Shown here piece after piece: positions 1-7,302 of a stretch of 28,747 nucleotides of DNA; position 1 is the first letter of the stretch; the number at the start of each line of letters is the position of its first letter. Made by a program: the position numbers and the translations under genes. The notes beneath the pieces are model-generated. The model made no database searches. It saw only the letters and a program-made list of their open reading frames with translations, and had not been told where the DNA came from. Origin of the DNA: a virus (taxonomy: Duplodnaviria > Caudoviricetes). The stretch is from positions 1-28,747 of IMG/VR virus record IMGVR_UViG_3300043442_000410, one strand, 5' to 3'.

Positions 1-2
1 AG

Positions 3-2384
3 ATGCGCGAGCTGCTGGCTTTCGTGCGCCAGTTGCCGGTGGGGATCGCGTATGCCCCGATCTACGCCAAGGGGCAGGCGATCCAGTCGGGGAAAATTTC
101 AAAAGGCAAGACACCGCTGGAGCGGAGTCATCACAGCGTGATGGGGCCGGCGGATGTGGCGCTCCAGATTGAGCGGCGGCCGGATGTGTTCCAGGCCGTG
201 GGGGCGTTTACCGGGGCTCGGAGTGGGGGACTGGTGATTCTTGATGTGGACAGGAATCTCAGTCGTCTCAAAAAGAAGTGGGGGGAGTCGCTGGAGGGTG
301 CTCCAGTCATCACTTCGACCAAGGCGAATGCGGCGAAGTACCTGTTTCGCGTCCCTGAGGCCCTGTGGGGCGAGGTAAAGGGTTTTGGGTTGTCGGATAC
401 CGGGGCGGGCTACGAAGTGCTCTGGGGCCGCCAGGGGCTCCTCTACGGGGCTTATCCGGGCTCCAGTGATGGGAAGGCGCCGGAGGGGGAATACGGCTTT
501 GAGGGCGATCTGGAGGCCATTCCAGGGGCTCCTGATTGGCTGCTGGCCGAAATGCGCGATCACGCGGGGCGTGAGGTGCAGGATGGCGGGTTCATTAAGA
601 ACCGTAAGGCGCTGGATTTCTCGGATCGAGATCCAGCTGAGGTGGCTGAGATCATTCAGTCCGCGTTGCGGGTGATTCCGGGGCAGGGCAGTGGTAGCCG
701 GGATCATTGGGTCAAGGTGGGGATGGCGATCCACAGCGAGCTGCCGACTGACCTTGGTTTGACGCTTTGGGCGGCGTGGTCTGCAGAAGACCCCGAATTT
801 TCACAGGATTGGGCCAGTGGTAATCCCTGTGAAGAGGTCTGGAAGTCCTTTCGGAAGGGGCCGGTGAGCCTTGGGACGCTGTTCTGGATGGCGGACCAGC
901 AGATGCCGGGGCGGCTGTGGCTGTCCGAGGATCTGCGGAAGGTTGTTGAGGATGTTGAGGCCGATAACGTCACCAGGATTCGGCAGGTCGTCATCACCTA
1001 CGCCGAGGTGATTCGGCGGGCGAAAGAGATCCAGCAGCTGCAGAATCCGGCGGAGGCCGCGCACGCCATGAATGTGCTGGCGCTGGAGGCTGGATACCGT
1101 GACGCTGGGGCGCTGGAGCGGCTGCTGATCGCCCAGATGCAGTTCGAGCAGCAAGACGATGAAATGGCGATGAGTCGGCTGCTGGAAAAGGATCTGAAGT
1201 TTGAGTATCTGATCCCGGATCTGCTGCCTTGCCCTGGGACCGTGATGATTCACGGCGCTGGCGGTGATGGCAAGTCCATGTCGGCTTGGACCATTGCCAA
1301 GCATGTGGCGCGGGGGATTCCGTTCTCCGTGCGGGGGGATCTCGTTCCAGTGCAGGCTGGGCCGGTGCTGATCCTCAATGGCGATCAGAGCGAGGTGCAG
1401 GTTCAGCAGCAGCTGCGGGATCTGGAGTTCCAGCCGCAGGATCCCGTGACGGTGGTGATGGGGTGGGATCTGAACTGGTACTACCGCTTCGTGAAGTTGA
1501 TTGAGAAGCACCAGCCGAAGCTGGTCATCATCGACTCGATTACGGGTTGCAGCAGGGGGTCGGCGTTCGACGAAAACAAGAAAGAGTTTGCGAGCCCGAT
1601 TTACTGGCTGGCCAACAACAACGGGCGGACGTTCCCGGCTTGCACGATCCTGCTGATCCACCACGCCAACAAGACTGGCGGGTTCCGGGGTTCTACGGCC
1701 ATCAGGGACGCTGTGGATGAGGTGTGGGGGCTTAGGCGGCCGGATCGGCAGCAGGTCGAGCAGACCGGCTACAACGCCCGCCTCATCACCGTCGAGAAGT
1801 CCAGGGCGGGCAGGGATGGCTCCAAGCTGCTGATGAAGCTGGAGAGCGACCTGACGTTCTCGCTGGCGGACTACGTGGAGCTGGATACCGACAGCGCCAG
1901 TCCGGCTTCCATCGTGGATCGGGTGCTCCAGCGCCTGAGGGCTGCGTATCCGCGCTCTCTGAGCCGCTCTGACCTGGCTGCGGATCCCTTGTGCGGTGGA
2001 AGTGTGGCCGCTATCGGCAAGGCGCTCCAGAGGCTTGCTTCGAGGGGGTTGGTGGAGGTGGTTGGGCAGACCTCCAGCGGAGCCCGTCCTTCCAACTTGT
2101 ACCAGGCAGTTCTCTCGCGTGATATGTGTGTGAATATGTGTCCCGAATTGGGAAAACCCAGTCAGGGACTGGAAAGTAAAAAAGGACAGCCCCTAGACGT
2201 GTCCTCTTTTGAGGAGGTGGCTGGAGCAAAAGAGGACAGCCCCCCTACGTGTCCCGATTTACTTCCCAGTCATACCAAGGGATCTGGCATAAAAGGACAG
2301 GTTTTGGAGGGCTCCCCAAGGGGAGAACGGTCGCCGGAGGAGCTGGATCGGCTGATGGAGGAAGCCGCACGGCTTTGGGACTGA
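3..2384 (+). CDS. Primase-polymerase (AEP Prim-Pol + PriCT-2-like) fused to AAA_25/RepA-type helicase with C-terminal winged helix
   Basis: N-terminal GKTP...TGARSGGLVILDVD (AEP DxD motif). RDHWVKVGMAIHSE...W..WS is PriCT-2-like. Walker A GAGGDGKS, Walker B LVIIDS, LLIHHANK and FRGSTAI are AAA_25-type motifs. wHTH-like SRSDLA...KALQRLASRGLVE. The true start may lie upstream of the window. Confidence 0.9.
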   Translation: MRELLAFVRQLPVGIAYAPIYAKGQAIQSGKISKGKTPLERSHHSVMGPADVALQIERRPDVFQAVGAFTGARSGGLVILDVDRNLSRLKKKWGESLEGAPVITSTKANAAKYLFRVPEALWGEVKGFGLSDTGAGYEVLWGRQGLLYGAYPGSSDGKAPEGEYGFEGDLEAIPGAPDWLLAEMRDHAGREVQDGGFIKNRKALDFSDRDPAEVAEIIQSALRVIPGQGSGSRDHWVKVGMAIHSELPTDLGLTLWAAWSAEDPEFSQDWASGNPCEEVWKSFRKGPVSLGTLFWMADQQMPGRLWLSEDLRKVVEDVEADNVTRIRQVVITYAEVIRRAKEIQQLQNPAEAAHAMNVLALEAGYRDAGALERLLIAQMQFEQQDDEMAMSRLLEKDLKFEYLIPDLLPCPGTVMIHGAGGDGKSMSAWTIAKHVARGIPFSVRGDLVPVQAGPVLILNGDQSEVQVQQQLRDLEFQPQDPVTVVMGWDLNWYYRFVKLIEKHQPKLVIIDSITGCSRGSAFDENKKEFASPIYWLANNNGRTFPACTILLIHHANKTGGFRGSTAIRDAVDEVWGLRRPDRQQVEQTGYNARLITVEKSRAGRDGSKLLMKLESDLTFSLADYVELDTDSASPASIVDRVLQRLRAAYPRSLSRSDLAADPLCGGSVAAIGKALQRLASRGLVEVVGQTSSGARPSNLYQAVLSRDMCVNMCPELGKPSQGLESKKGQPLDVSSFEEVAGAKEDSPPTCPDLLPSHTKGSGIKGQVLEGSPRGERSPEELDRLMEEAARLWD
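2139..2299. repeat. Dyad-symmetric GGACA/TGTCC array, putative replication origin inside the primase-helicase gene
   Basis: TGTCC 2139, GGACA 2184, TGTCC 2200, GGACA 2234, TGTCC 2250, GGACA 2295 (spacings 45/16/34/16/45). Perfect 12-bp inverted repeat at 2200-2211/2227-2238. The 21-bp units 2184-2204 and 2234-2254 are 18/21 identical. The repeat is observed; origin function is inferred. Confidence 0.7.
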
Positions 2385-2728
2385 TGGGACAGTTCGATCC
2401 GCCTAACTTTTTCCTAGGGCTACTGCGGGTTGCCGCGTGGCTGTTCTGGAGGGATCCCGTGGCTAAGTCCGACAAGCCCCAGGCGAGGCCGCCCAGGAAG
2501 CCCACGCTGGGCTACACCATGGGCGACATCCCCTTCGAGCTGCTGGCCGTCGTTCGGGTCAGCTGGTATCGCCGAGGCACTGCCTACGAGGTCGAGGAGT
2601 ACCAGATCCCCGAGTCGTCAGACGCCGAGGCACAGTTCCACTACCTTGTGGGCGGAGCGCTTCGGCAGGGGGCTGACGTGTGCGTGCTGACCCAGTACAA
2701 GCCTGAGGAGCTAGGGGTGCCGGTATGA
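2384..2728 (+). CDS. Hypothetical phage protein (114 aa)
   Basis: ATG at 2384 overlaps the primase stop (TGATG) and is in frame with the 2249 ORF. Confidence 0.75.
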   Translation: MGQFDPPNFFLGLLRVAAWLFWRDPVAKSDKPQARPPRKPTLGYTMGDIPFELLAVVRVSWYRRGTAYEVEEYQIPESSDAEAQFHYLVGGALRQGADVCVLTQYKPEELGVPV

Positions 2729-2805
2729 CCATCGCGCTGGTGCTGGTCTTCTACGTCTGCGCCTGTGCGCTGATCCTCTGGGTCGCCAGCAAGATCCTGC
2801 CGTAG
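2725..2805 (+). CDS. Small single-TM peptide MTIALVLVFYVCACALILWVASKILP (26 aa)
   Basis: ATGA overlap with the upstream stop, entirely hydrophobic, ends just before the intergenic hairpins. Not in the ORF track. Confidence 0.55.
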   Translation: MTIALVLVFYVCACALILWVASKILP

Positions 2806-2824
2806 CCGGATTGTTACGGAATGC

Positions 2825-2864
2825 GACAGGCAGGGGTTGACTCCTGCCTGTCTCTGTGTAACGC
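2825..2864 (+). promoter_or_regulatory. Inverted repeat enclosing a sigma70-like -35 (TTGACT 2837-2842) with a weak -10; candidate promoter/operator
   Basis: GACAGGCAGG(2825-2834)-N8-CCTGCCTGTC(2843-2852) 10-bp perfect stem. TGTGTAACGCT follows at roughly -10 distance. Largest intergenic gap in the early arm. Confidence 0.5.
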
Positions 2865-2873
2865 TAAGGGCAA

Positions 2874-2889
2874 GCCCGCAGAGGCGGGC
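2874..2889 (+). other. Short GC hairpin in leader (GCCCGC-AGAG-GCGGGC)
   Basis: 6-bp perfect stem followed by ACCTTGTTTCT; weak terminator or 5' stabiliser. Confidence 0.4.
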
Positions 2890-2909
2890 ACCTTGTTTCT
2901 GTACTTCAA

Positions 2910-3137
2910 ATGACTCTCAAACTTGAAGTTGACCCAGGCAAGCTGATGCCCTGGTACTACGCCGCCAACTGGGCTGGCATGTTGCTGGAGCAACACCGCG
3001 ATCAGTGCAAGGCTCTACAGCTGGACTGTTCCACGCATGAGGAGCGCTTGGCGCAGCTTGAAGACCTCAAACAGTTTCTGTCTATGACTTTTGATGATTG
3101 GATGCGTTCCATCCCTACACAGGAGGTAGAAAAGTGA
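2910..3137 (+). CDS. Hypothetical protein (75 aa)
   Basis: First ORF after the intergenic region, coupled to the next gene by a GTGA overlap. Confidence 0.7.
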   Translation: MTLKLEVDPGKLMPWYYAANWAGMLLEQHRDQCKALQLDCSTHEERLAQLEDLKQFLSMTFDDWMRSIPTQEVEK

Positions 3138-3394
3138 GCAAGGTTCTTTCGATTGAGGAGCTGAGGTTTGAGACTGATGGGCTTCTGGTTGTTGATGCCG
3201 TTGTCGATGACGCTGTTGTGGTGTTCCCGCAGACGTACATGGATCCGGCGGAATGGGGGCCTGCCCTGTGCCGAGGCTCCTTCTACCTTTCTGACGAAGA
3301 CCTGATTCCTGCGACCGATGCCGAACTCTGCAAGCTCCTGTCAGAGCGGATCGACGACTGGGCACCCATCGACACGTCAGATTGGGACGACTGA
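3134..3394 (+). CDS. Hypothetical acidic protein (86 aa, GTG start)
   Basis: AGGAGG at 3121-3126 upstream of GTG 3134, which overlaps the upstream TGA. Confidence 0.75.
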   Translation: MSKVLSIEELRFETDGLLVVDAVVDDAVVVFPQTYMDPAEWGPALCRGSFYLSDEDLIPATDAELCKLLSERIDDWAPIDTSDWDD

Positions 3395-3644
3395 AGCCCG
3401 CGAACTGCGGAACCAGCCGGACTACGACGACTGGGACTACGGCACAGAGCCCATCCCAGGCGACACGCACTGGGTCAGAGCACGTAATCTGACCCAGCTG
3501 TATCGCCACCTTATCTACGTGTTCGCCACCAGCGACACCATCAGTTCCACCGCCTTAGCCAAGACCGCGATCTACGAGATTCTCAAACTGAGACTCGCGG
3601 ATCTCACTCGGTTGAGGCAACAAGATCCGAGGTTTTTTGCATGA
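3318..3644 (+). CDS. Hypothetical protein, start uncertain
   Basis: Fills the gap 3395-3644 and couples to the next gene by ATGA. The only canonical start near the 5' end overlaps the upstream gene by 77 nt. Confidence 0.65.
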   Translation: MPNSASSCQSGSTTGHPSTRQIGTTEARELRNQPDYDDWDYGTEPIPGDTHWVRARNLTQLYRHLIYVFATSDTISSTALAKTAIYEILKLRLADLTRLRQQDPRFFA

Positions 3645-3832
3645 ACTACGACGCACACGAACAGTATTACCGCGAAAGTCGTGGCTACAACTGGCACGAC
3701 ATGAGCGAAATGCGTAATCGTCCCAGGCAAGCCAGCACTTCAGTACCGGAAGTGTTTAAAGACAAGTTTGCTACACCAGCTGAGTACGATGCTTGGCTTG
3801 CCCAAAAACACAAGGAGTATTTCGGATGGTGA
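3641..3832 (+). CDS. Hypothetical protein (63 aa)
   Basis: Overlaps both neighbours in the operon tiling. Confidence 0.7.
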   Translation: MNYDAHEQYYRESRGYNWHDMSEMRNRPRQASTSVPEVFKDKFATPAEYDAWLAQKHKEYFGW

Positions 3833-4086
3833 ACGACACGTCGATGATCCCGTTCTACAAGTCGTTTTTGCTGGGGCAGACCGTGTATCTGGACCAGTTG
3901 AAAGGGCTACCGATGCGTGATCTGGAACTGCTCAATGTGGATACACGGGCAGCATTGGAGGATGCGAGGCATCTTTATGCCACGTTGGAAAATAAGCAGT
4001 CCGATGAGGCTGGTACTGTGTATCGGCGGATGAAGACTGCGGGGTATTTTCAGGCAGCGATTCAGATTGAATTGGGTAACCGATGA
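3826..4086 (+). CDS. Hypothetical protein (86 aa)
   Basis: AAGGAG at 3812-3817 upstream of ATG 3826; ATGA coupling downstream. Confidence 0.7.
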   Translation: MVNDTSMIPFYKSFLLGQTVYLDQLKGLPMRDLELLNVDTRAALEDARHLYATLENKQSDEAGTVYRRMKTAGYFQAAIQIELGNR

Positions 4087-4334
4087 AGGAAATCAAACTG
4101 CGGTTTGATCTTGCCGACCTCGCTGTGATTGATAAAGAAGCACAGACGAGAGGTATTACTCGCTCTGAGCTTTTGCGGGAGCGAGTGTTAGGTGCTCCAG
4201 CTGCAGAGCACTACGATGCTGCACGGTTTAACAAGCTGCTGGCAGATTCGCAGCGTTACATGCAGGGGCATGTAGACCGGCGTTTAGTCGAGACGCTGGT
4301 GAGTTACGTCTTCAACAGGCTTTCCAATGGTTAA
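4083..4334 (+). CDS. Ribbon-helix-helix (CopG-like) DNA-binding protein
   Basis: KEIKLRFDLADLAVIDKEAQTRGITRSELLRE fits the RHH strand-helix-G.SRSE-helix pattern. Confidence 0.7.
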   Translation: MKEIKLRFDLADLAVIDKEAQTRGITRSELLRERVLGAPAAEHYDAARFNKLLADSQRYMQGHVDRRLVETLVSYVFNRLSNG

Positions 4335-4593
4335 ACGTTTGATGAACGACAAGGACTTTTACTTGTCGCAGGCCAATAGGCCACTGCCGCCAAACAAGTT
4401 CAGTAAGTATCGAGGTGTGCAGAAAAACACCAGCCCAAAAAAGCCGTATCGTGCTGCCTTTCGATACAAAGGTAAGCAATACCTTTTGGGAGCTTTTGAG
4501 AATGAGCTAGATGCTGCTCGTGCCTACAACAAAGCGGCGCTGGCAATCATCGGTGACTACGCCCTTCTTAATGAACTGCCAGACGATGACTAA
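4327..4593 (+). CDS. Stand-alone AP2-domain DNA-binding protein
   Basis: SKYRGV...YRAAFRYKGKQYLLGAFENELDAARAYNKAA...YALLN is the AP2 signature; no HNH domain. Confidence 0.85.
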   Translation: MVKRLMNDKDFYLSQANRPLPPNKFSKYRGVQKNTSPKKPYRAAFRYKGKQYLLGAFENELDAARAYNKAALAIIGDYALLNELPDDD

Positions 4594-4804
4594 TCAACCA
4601 GATCCGATCATCACCGATCTCCACTACGAGTGGGAGATAGAAGACGCCGATGGCGACTGGCAGGCTGGTGGCTCCAGCAACAACTTGGACGAAGTTCGTT
4701 CTGCTGGTACTTATTACTTAACGCAGTACGCCAAGGATGGCGGACATAAATTCATCATCAGAGAACACCGTACACGCACTATTCAGGAGATTTTAATTGG
4801 CTGA
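4586..4804 (+). CDS. Hypothetical protein (72 aa)
   Basis: ATG 4586 in an 8-nt ATGACTAA overlap with the AP2 gene. Confidence 0.7.
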   Translation: MTNQPDPIITDLHYEWEIEDADGDWQAGGSSNNLDEVRSAGTYYLTQYAKDGGHKFIIREHRTRTIQEILIG

Positions 4805-5012
4805 CATCACCACATATAAACTCGATGCCGCATACGCGCCGCTGGAGAAGTTTGACCACTGTGCCAAGCCCGACGCCTTCATCGAGGTGTCGCTATGGCA
4901 CAACGGCGAAGGCTTTGATGCCCACCTGAGCAGCTACGGCGATCAAAGTTTCAAGCTGACCTGGGGCGAGTTCAGAGCCCTAAAAAAACTTGTAAAAGAG
5001 TTGGACAAATGA
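4797..5012 (+). CDS. Hypothetical protein (71 aa, TTG start)
   Basis: AGGAG upstream; 8-nt TTGGCTGA overlap. Confidence 0.65.
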   Translation: MADITTYKLDAAYAPLEKFDHCAKPDAFIEVSLWHNGEGFDAHLSSYGDQSFKLTWGEFRALKKLVKELDK

Positions 5013-5380
5013 CTGACCACCCAATCACCCCACCGCCGGAGCTGGTGGAAGAGTGGCGCAACTTGCCTGAATACGTCAGCCAGTTGCGCACCATGTCCAC
5101 AGTGACGATCACAACTGAGAGGTTGCAAGACATCGCCACCCAGGCCGCCCGCTGGGGCGCTGATCAGGAGCTGGAGGCGTGCTGTGAGTGGCTTAAAGCC
5201 AAAGAGTGGATTCACCACGAATTCAGCGACGAACTCCGCGCTGCCCGCCGCCCCAAGCCGATGAGCTTGAAGAAGTTGGCGCTGTTGCAGTTAGATGTGC
5301 TCAACGCAGATCTTTTTGAGCGAGGTTTAGGACGCGATCTATCTCAAATCCGCCGCGCATTGGAGCAACTCGATGACTGA
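5009..5380 (+). CDS. PITPP-family paralog A (123 aa), unknown function
   Basis: Blocks PITPPPELV / AARWGADQELEACCEWL / RRPKP.SLK / IRRALEQLDD shared with 5373 and 6696. Confidence 0.8.
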   Translation: MTDHPITPPPELVEEWRNLPEYVSQLRTMSTVTITTERLQDIATQAARWGADQELEACCEWLKAKEWIHHEFSDELRAARRPKPMSLKKLALLQLDVLNADLFERGLGRDLSQIRRALEQLDD

Positions 5381-5699
5381 CCAACATCCGATCACCCCAC
5401 CGTCAGAGCTATTGCAGCTTTGGTTTGAGCAGCATGATGATTACAACAAAGGAATCAATGAACTGTTGATTGAAGCCGCCCGATACGGTGCCGACCAAGA
5501 GTTACTAGCTTGTGGAAATTACCTCAAGCAGTGCGCTGCGTGGGAAGAAGAAGATGTAATTGAGTTTTATAATTACCGCCGCCCCAAGCCGCCGAGCTTG
5601 AAGGAGCAAGCGCTTGCAGTTTTAGACGACGCCTCAGATCGTCTTGATGCTGCTCACGAAAACATCATCCGCCGCGCACTGGAGCAACTCGATGGCTGA
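5373..5699 (+). CDS. PITPP-family paralog B (108 aa)
   Basis: PITPPSELL / AARYGADQELLAC / RRPKPPSLKEQAL / IRRALEQLDG. Confidence 0.8.
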   Translation: MTDQHPITPPSELLQLWFEQHDDYNKGINELLIEAARYGADQELLACGNYLKQCAAWEEEDVIEFYNYRRPKPPSLKEQALAVLDDASDRLDAAHENIIRRALEQLDG

Positions 5700-6246
5700 T
5701 TACAAAGCAACACCCGAACAGTGGGAGCATGTACACATTTGCGCCGGTATGAAACACCAAGTCCCGTGGGCTACTGCGGATTGCCTTCTCGAACTCCGCG
5801 ACAGGATCCAGTTACTGGAGGATGCAGTTCACAAGCATATCGTCGAAACCAGTGCCAACATTTTGGCCTTGGCCAGCCGAGTCGAGGCGCTGGAGTCCGT
5901 CAAGCGCCCAGCGTCAAAGGTCCACGAAATCAGTGAGCCGCTGAAGCTGACTCCAGAACAAGCGCAGCAGATTACCGATCTGCTCACGCCCAACTCATCA
6001 GCACCGCTTACAAGTTCCAACTATCCGGCAAAACCAGATGGTTCGTTGGTGCGCCGGGTAGCACTTGCTATCAGCGGCGTTGAGTACGGATTGGAGCTGG
6101 ATGAGGAGGCCGTAAATTGGGCATCCGAAGCCCGCGCCGCGATCCGTGAGGTGGCGGCGTGGTTGATTGACCGGAGGCGCGACGACGACTGGCTCGCACC
6201 TTTTGAGGAGCTTGCTGATCTGTTGCTAGAGGAGGTGCAGCAATGA
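5692..6246 (+). CDS. Hypothetical helical/coiled-coil protein (184 aa)
   Basis: ATG 5692 lies within the gene-end block. Two similar coiled-coil segments: CLLELRDRIQLLE and NILALASRVEALE. Confidence 0.75.
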   Translation: MADYKATPEQWEHVHICAGMKHQVPWATADCLLELRDRIQLLEDAVHKHIVETSANILALASRVEALESVKRPASKVHEISEPLKLTPEQAQQITDLLTPNSSAPLTSSNYPAKPDGSLVRRVALAISGVEYGLELDEEAVNWASEARAAIREVAAWLIDRRRDDDWLAPFEELADLLLEEVQQ

Positions 6247-6425
6247 GCGACTTCCACCCAGCACCCTTTCAAGACTTCTCCACCGAGCTGCACGATCCGT
6301 GGCCCGTTGTGGAGCGGCTGCGCATGGCATTGCGCGAGGCCGAGCGCTACTGCCTTGGCGCTGAGAACACCACCGGCCAGTGCATCTCATCCCTTCTTGA
6401 AATCCTGCCTGACGACGATGACTAA
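6243..6425 (+). CDS. Hypothetical protein (60 aa)
   Basis: GGAGG upstream, ATGA overlap. Ends LPDDDD like the AP2 gene (LPDDD). Confidence 0.7.
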   Translation: MSDFHPAPFQDFSTELHDPWPVVERLRMALREAERYCLGAENTTGQCISSLLEILPDDDD

Positions 6426-6699
6426 TCAACGCCTACTTTCACCACCCGCCGAAATCATCCGCCAGTGGGAATCCGAATGGGACACCAATGGTGCCGCCCA
6501 TTGCGACAAGGCCCTCTACGTTGCCGCCAAAGCTGCAACCTGGGCCGCAAAGCTGGCCATTGAGCAAGCCTTAAGAGACACGGCTTCATGCCATTGGCGC
6601 GTTGCTGACGGTGCTGAAGAGGGCGTGCAACTGGTGCGAGCCAGCGACCTGATGGCTTGGGCTGCTGCCATTGCCAAACGTTATGAGGTTGAAGAATGA
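6418..6699 (+). CDS. Diverged/chimeric PITPP-family member (93 aa)
   Basis: LLSPPAEIIRQW and YVAAKAATWAA align with PITPPPELVQQW and YVATEAAQWGA of 6696; the C-terminal half is unrelated. Confidence 0.7.
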   Translation: MTNQRLLSPPAEIIRQWESEWDTNGAAHCDKALYVAAKAATWAAKLAIEQALRDTASCHWRVADGAEEGVQLVRASDLMAWAAAIAKRYEVEE

Positions 6700-7034
6700 C
6701 TGACCCCATCACCCCACCGCCGGAGCTGGTGCAGCAGTGGTGGGAGCAAGCCGACCAGTATCAAGACGATCCAAAGACTTACTTTGATTACGTTGCCACT
6801 GAAGCCGCACAGTGGGGCGCCGACCAGGAGCTGGAGGCGTGCTGTGAGTGGCTTCACTGGCAAAACCTGGCCACACATTCCGAACTTATCCCTTCGCTCC
6901 GCGCCGCCAGACGCCCCAAGCCGCCGAGCTTGAAGGATCGAGCACTACAGGCTTGGGCTGCTGTTGAGGCAGGTACGGATGATCAGACGGCTATGGCAGT
7001 TATCCGCCGCGCACTGGAGCAGCTCGATGACTGA
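6696..7034 (+). CDS. PITPP-family paralog C (112 aa)
   Basis: All four conserved blocks present; exact 24-, 30- and 26-bp DNA matches to paralogs A/B. Confidence 0.8.
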   Translation: MTDPITPPPELVQQWWEQADQYQDDPKTYFDYVATEAAQWGADQELEACCEWLHWQNLATHSELIPSLRAARRPKPPSLKDRALQAWAAVEAGTDDQTAMAVIRRALEQLDD

Positions 7035-7260
7035 CCTCTCTCCCGCCGCGCAGGCGGTACTGGATGCCTTTCGTGCCGTGCCCGATCTGCGCGATTGTCC
7101 CAGTATTGCCGCCGCCCTGCGTGCTGCTGCGGATCAGGTGGTGTCGCCAGCTCTTGAAGAGGAGTTCTTCGACCGCAACCACGCCTTGCCGTTGCAAAAG
7201 ATGGTCGAGATCAGGTTAAGCCTCCTCGCCATCGCCGCCGAGCTGGAGGGTATGGAGTAA
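7027..7260 (+). CDS. Hypothetical Ala-rich helical protein (77 aa, MTDLSPAAQAVLDA...)
   Basis: ATG 7027 lies inside the third gene-end block. Confidence 0.75.
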   Translation: MTDLSPAAQAVLDAFRAVPDLRDCPSIAAALRAAADQVVSPALEEEFFDRNHALPLQKMVEIRLSLLAIAAELEGME

Positions 7261-7302
7261 CCACAACGGCGATTCTGTACTACACTGCACGCGTTCTGAC
7301 CT

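Larger units (their letters stand above)
5348..7034 (+). repeat. Three copies of a 33-bp gene-end block ATCCGCCGCGCAYTGGAGCARCTCGATGRCTGA (5348-5380, 5667-5699, 7002-7034)
   Basis: Read directly from the sequence. Each copy contains GGAG, the next gene's ATG and the upstream gene's TGA. Confidence 0.9.

Noticed and set aside
99-1664. Long minus-strand ORFs 99-734 and 801-1664 (also 10478-11503)
   Set aside because: Antisense shadows of GC-rich, codon-biased genes; no recognisable motifs.
2249-2383. Extended 5' starts in the ORF track (2249, 3098, 4511, 5644, 6307, 6964, 12179, 12814)
   Set aside because: They create long overlaps. Downstream starts coupled to, or just after, the upstream stop fit better.
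2812-2828. NtcA or RpaB (HLR1) site in TGTTACGGAATGCGACA
   Set aside because: Does not match GTA-N8-TAC, and the second HLR1 half-site is too degenerate to call.
5009-7034. Diversity-generating retroelement (TR/VR pair)
   Set aside because: The repeats are short coding blocks with mostly synonymous, not adenine-specific, differences. No reverse transcriptase is in the window.
5348-7034. CRISPR or mini-array made of the 33-bp repeats
   Set aside because: Copies are about 320 and 1335 bp apart, lie within ORFs and are not palindromic; no cas genes.
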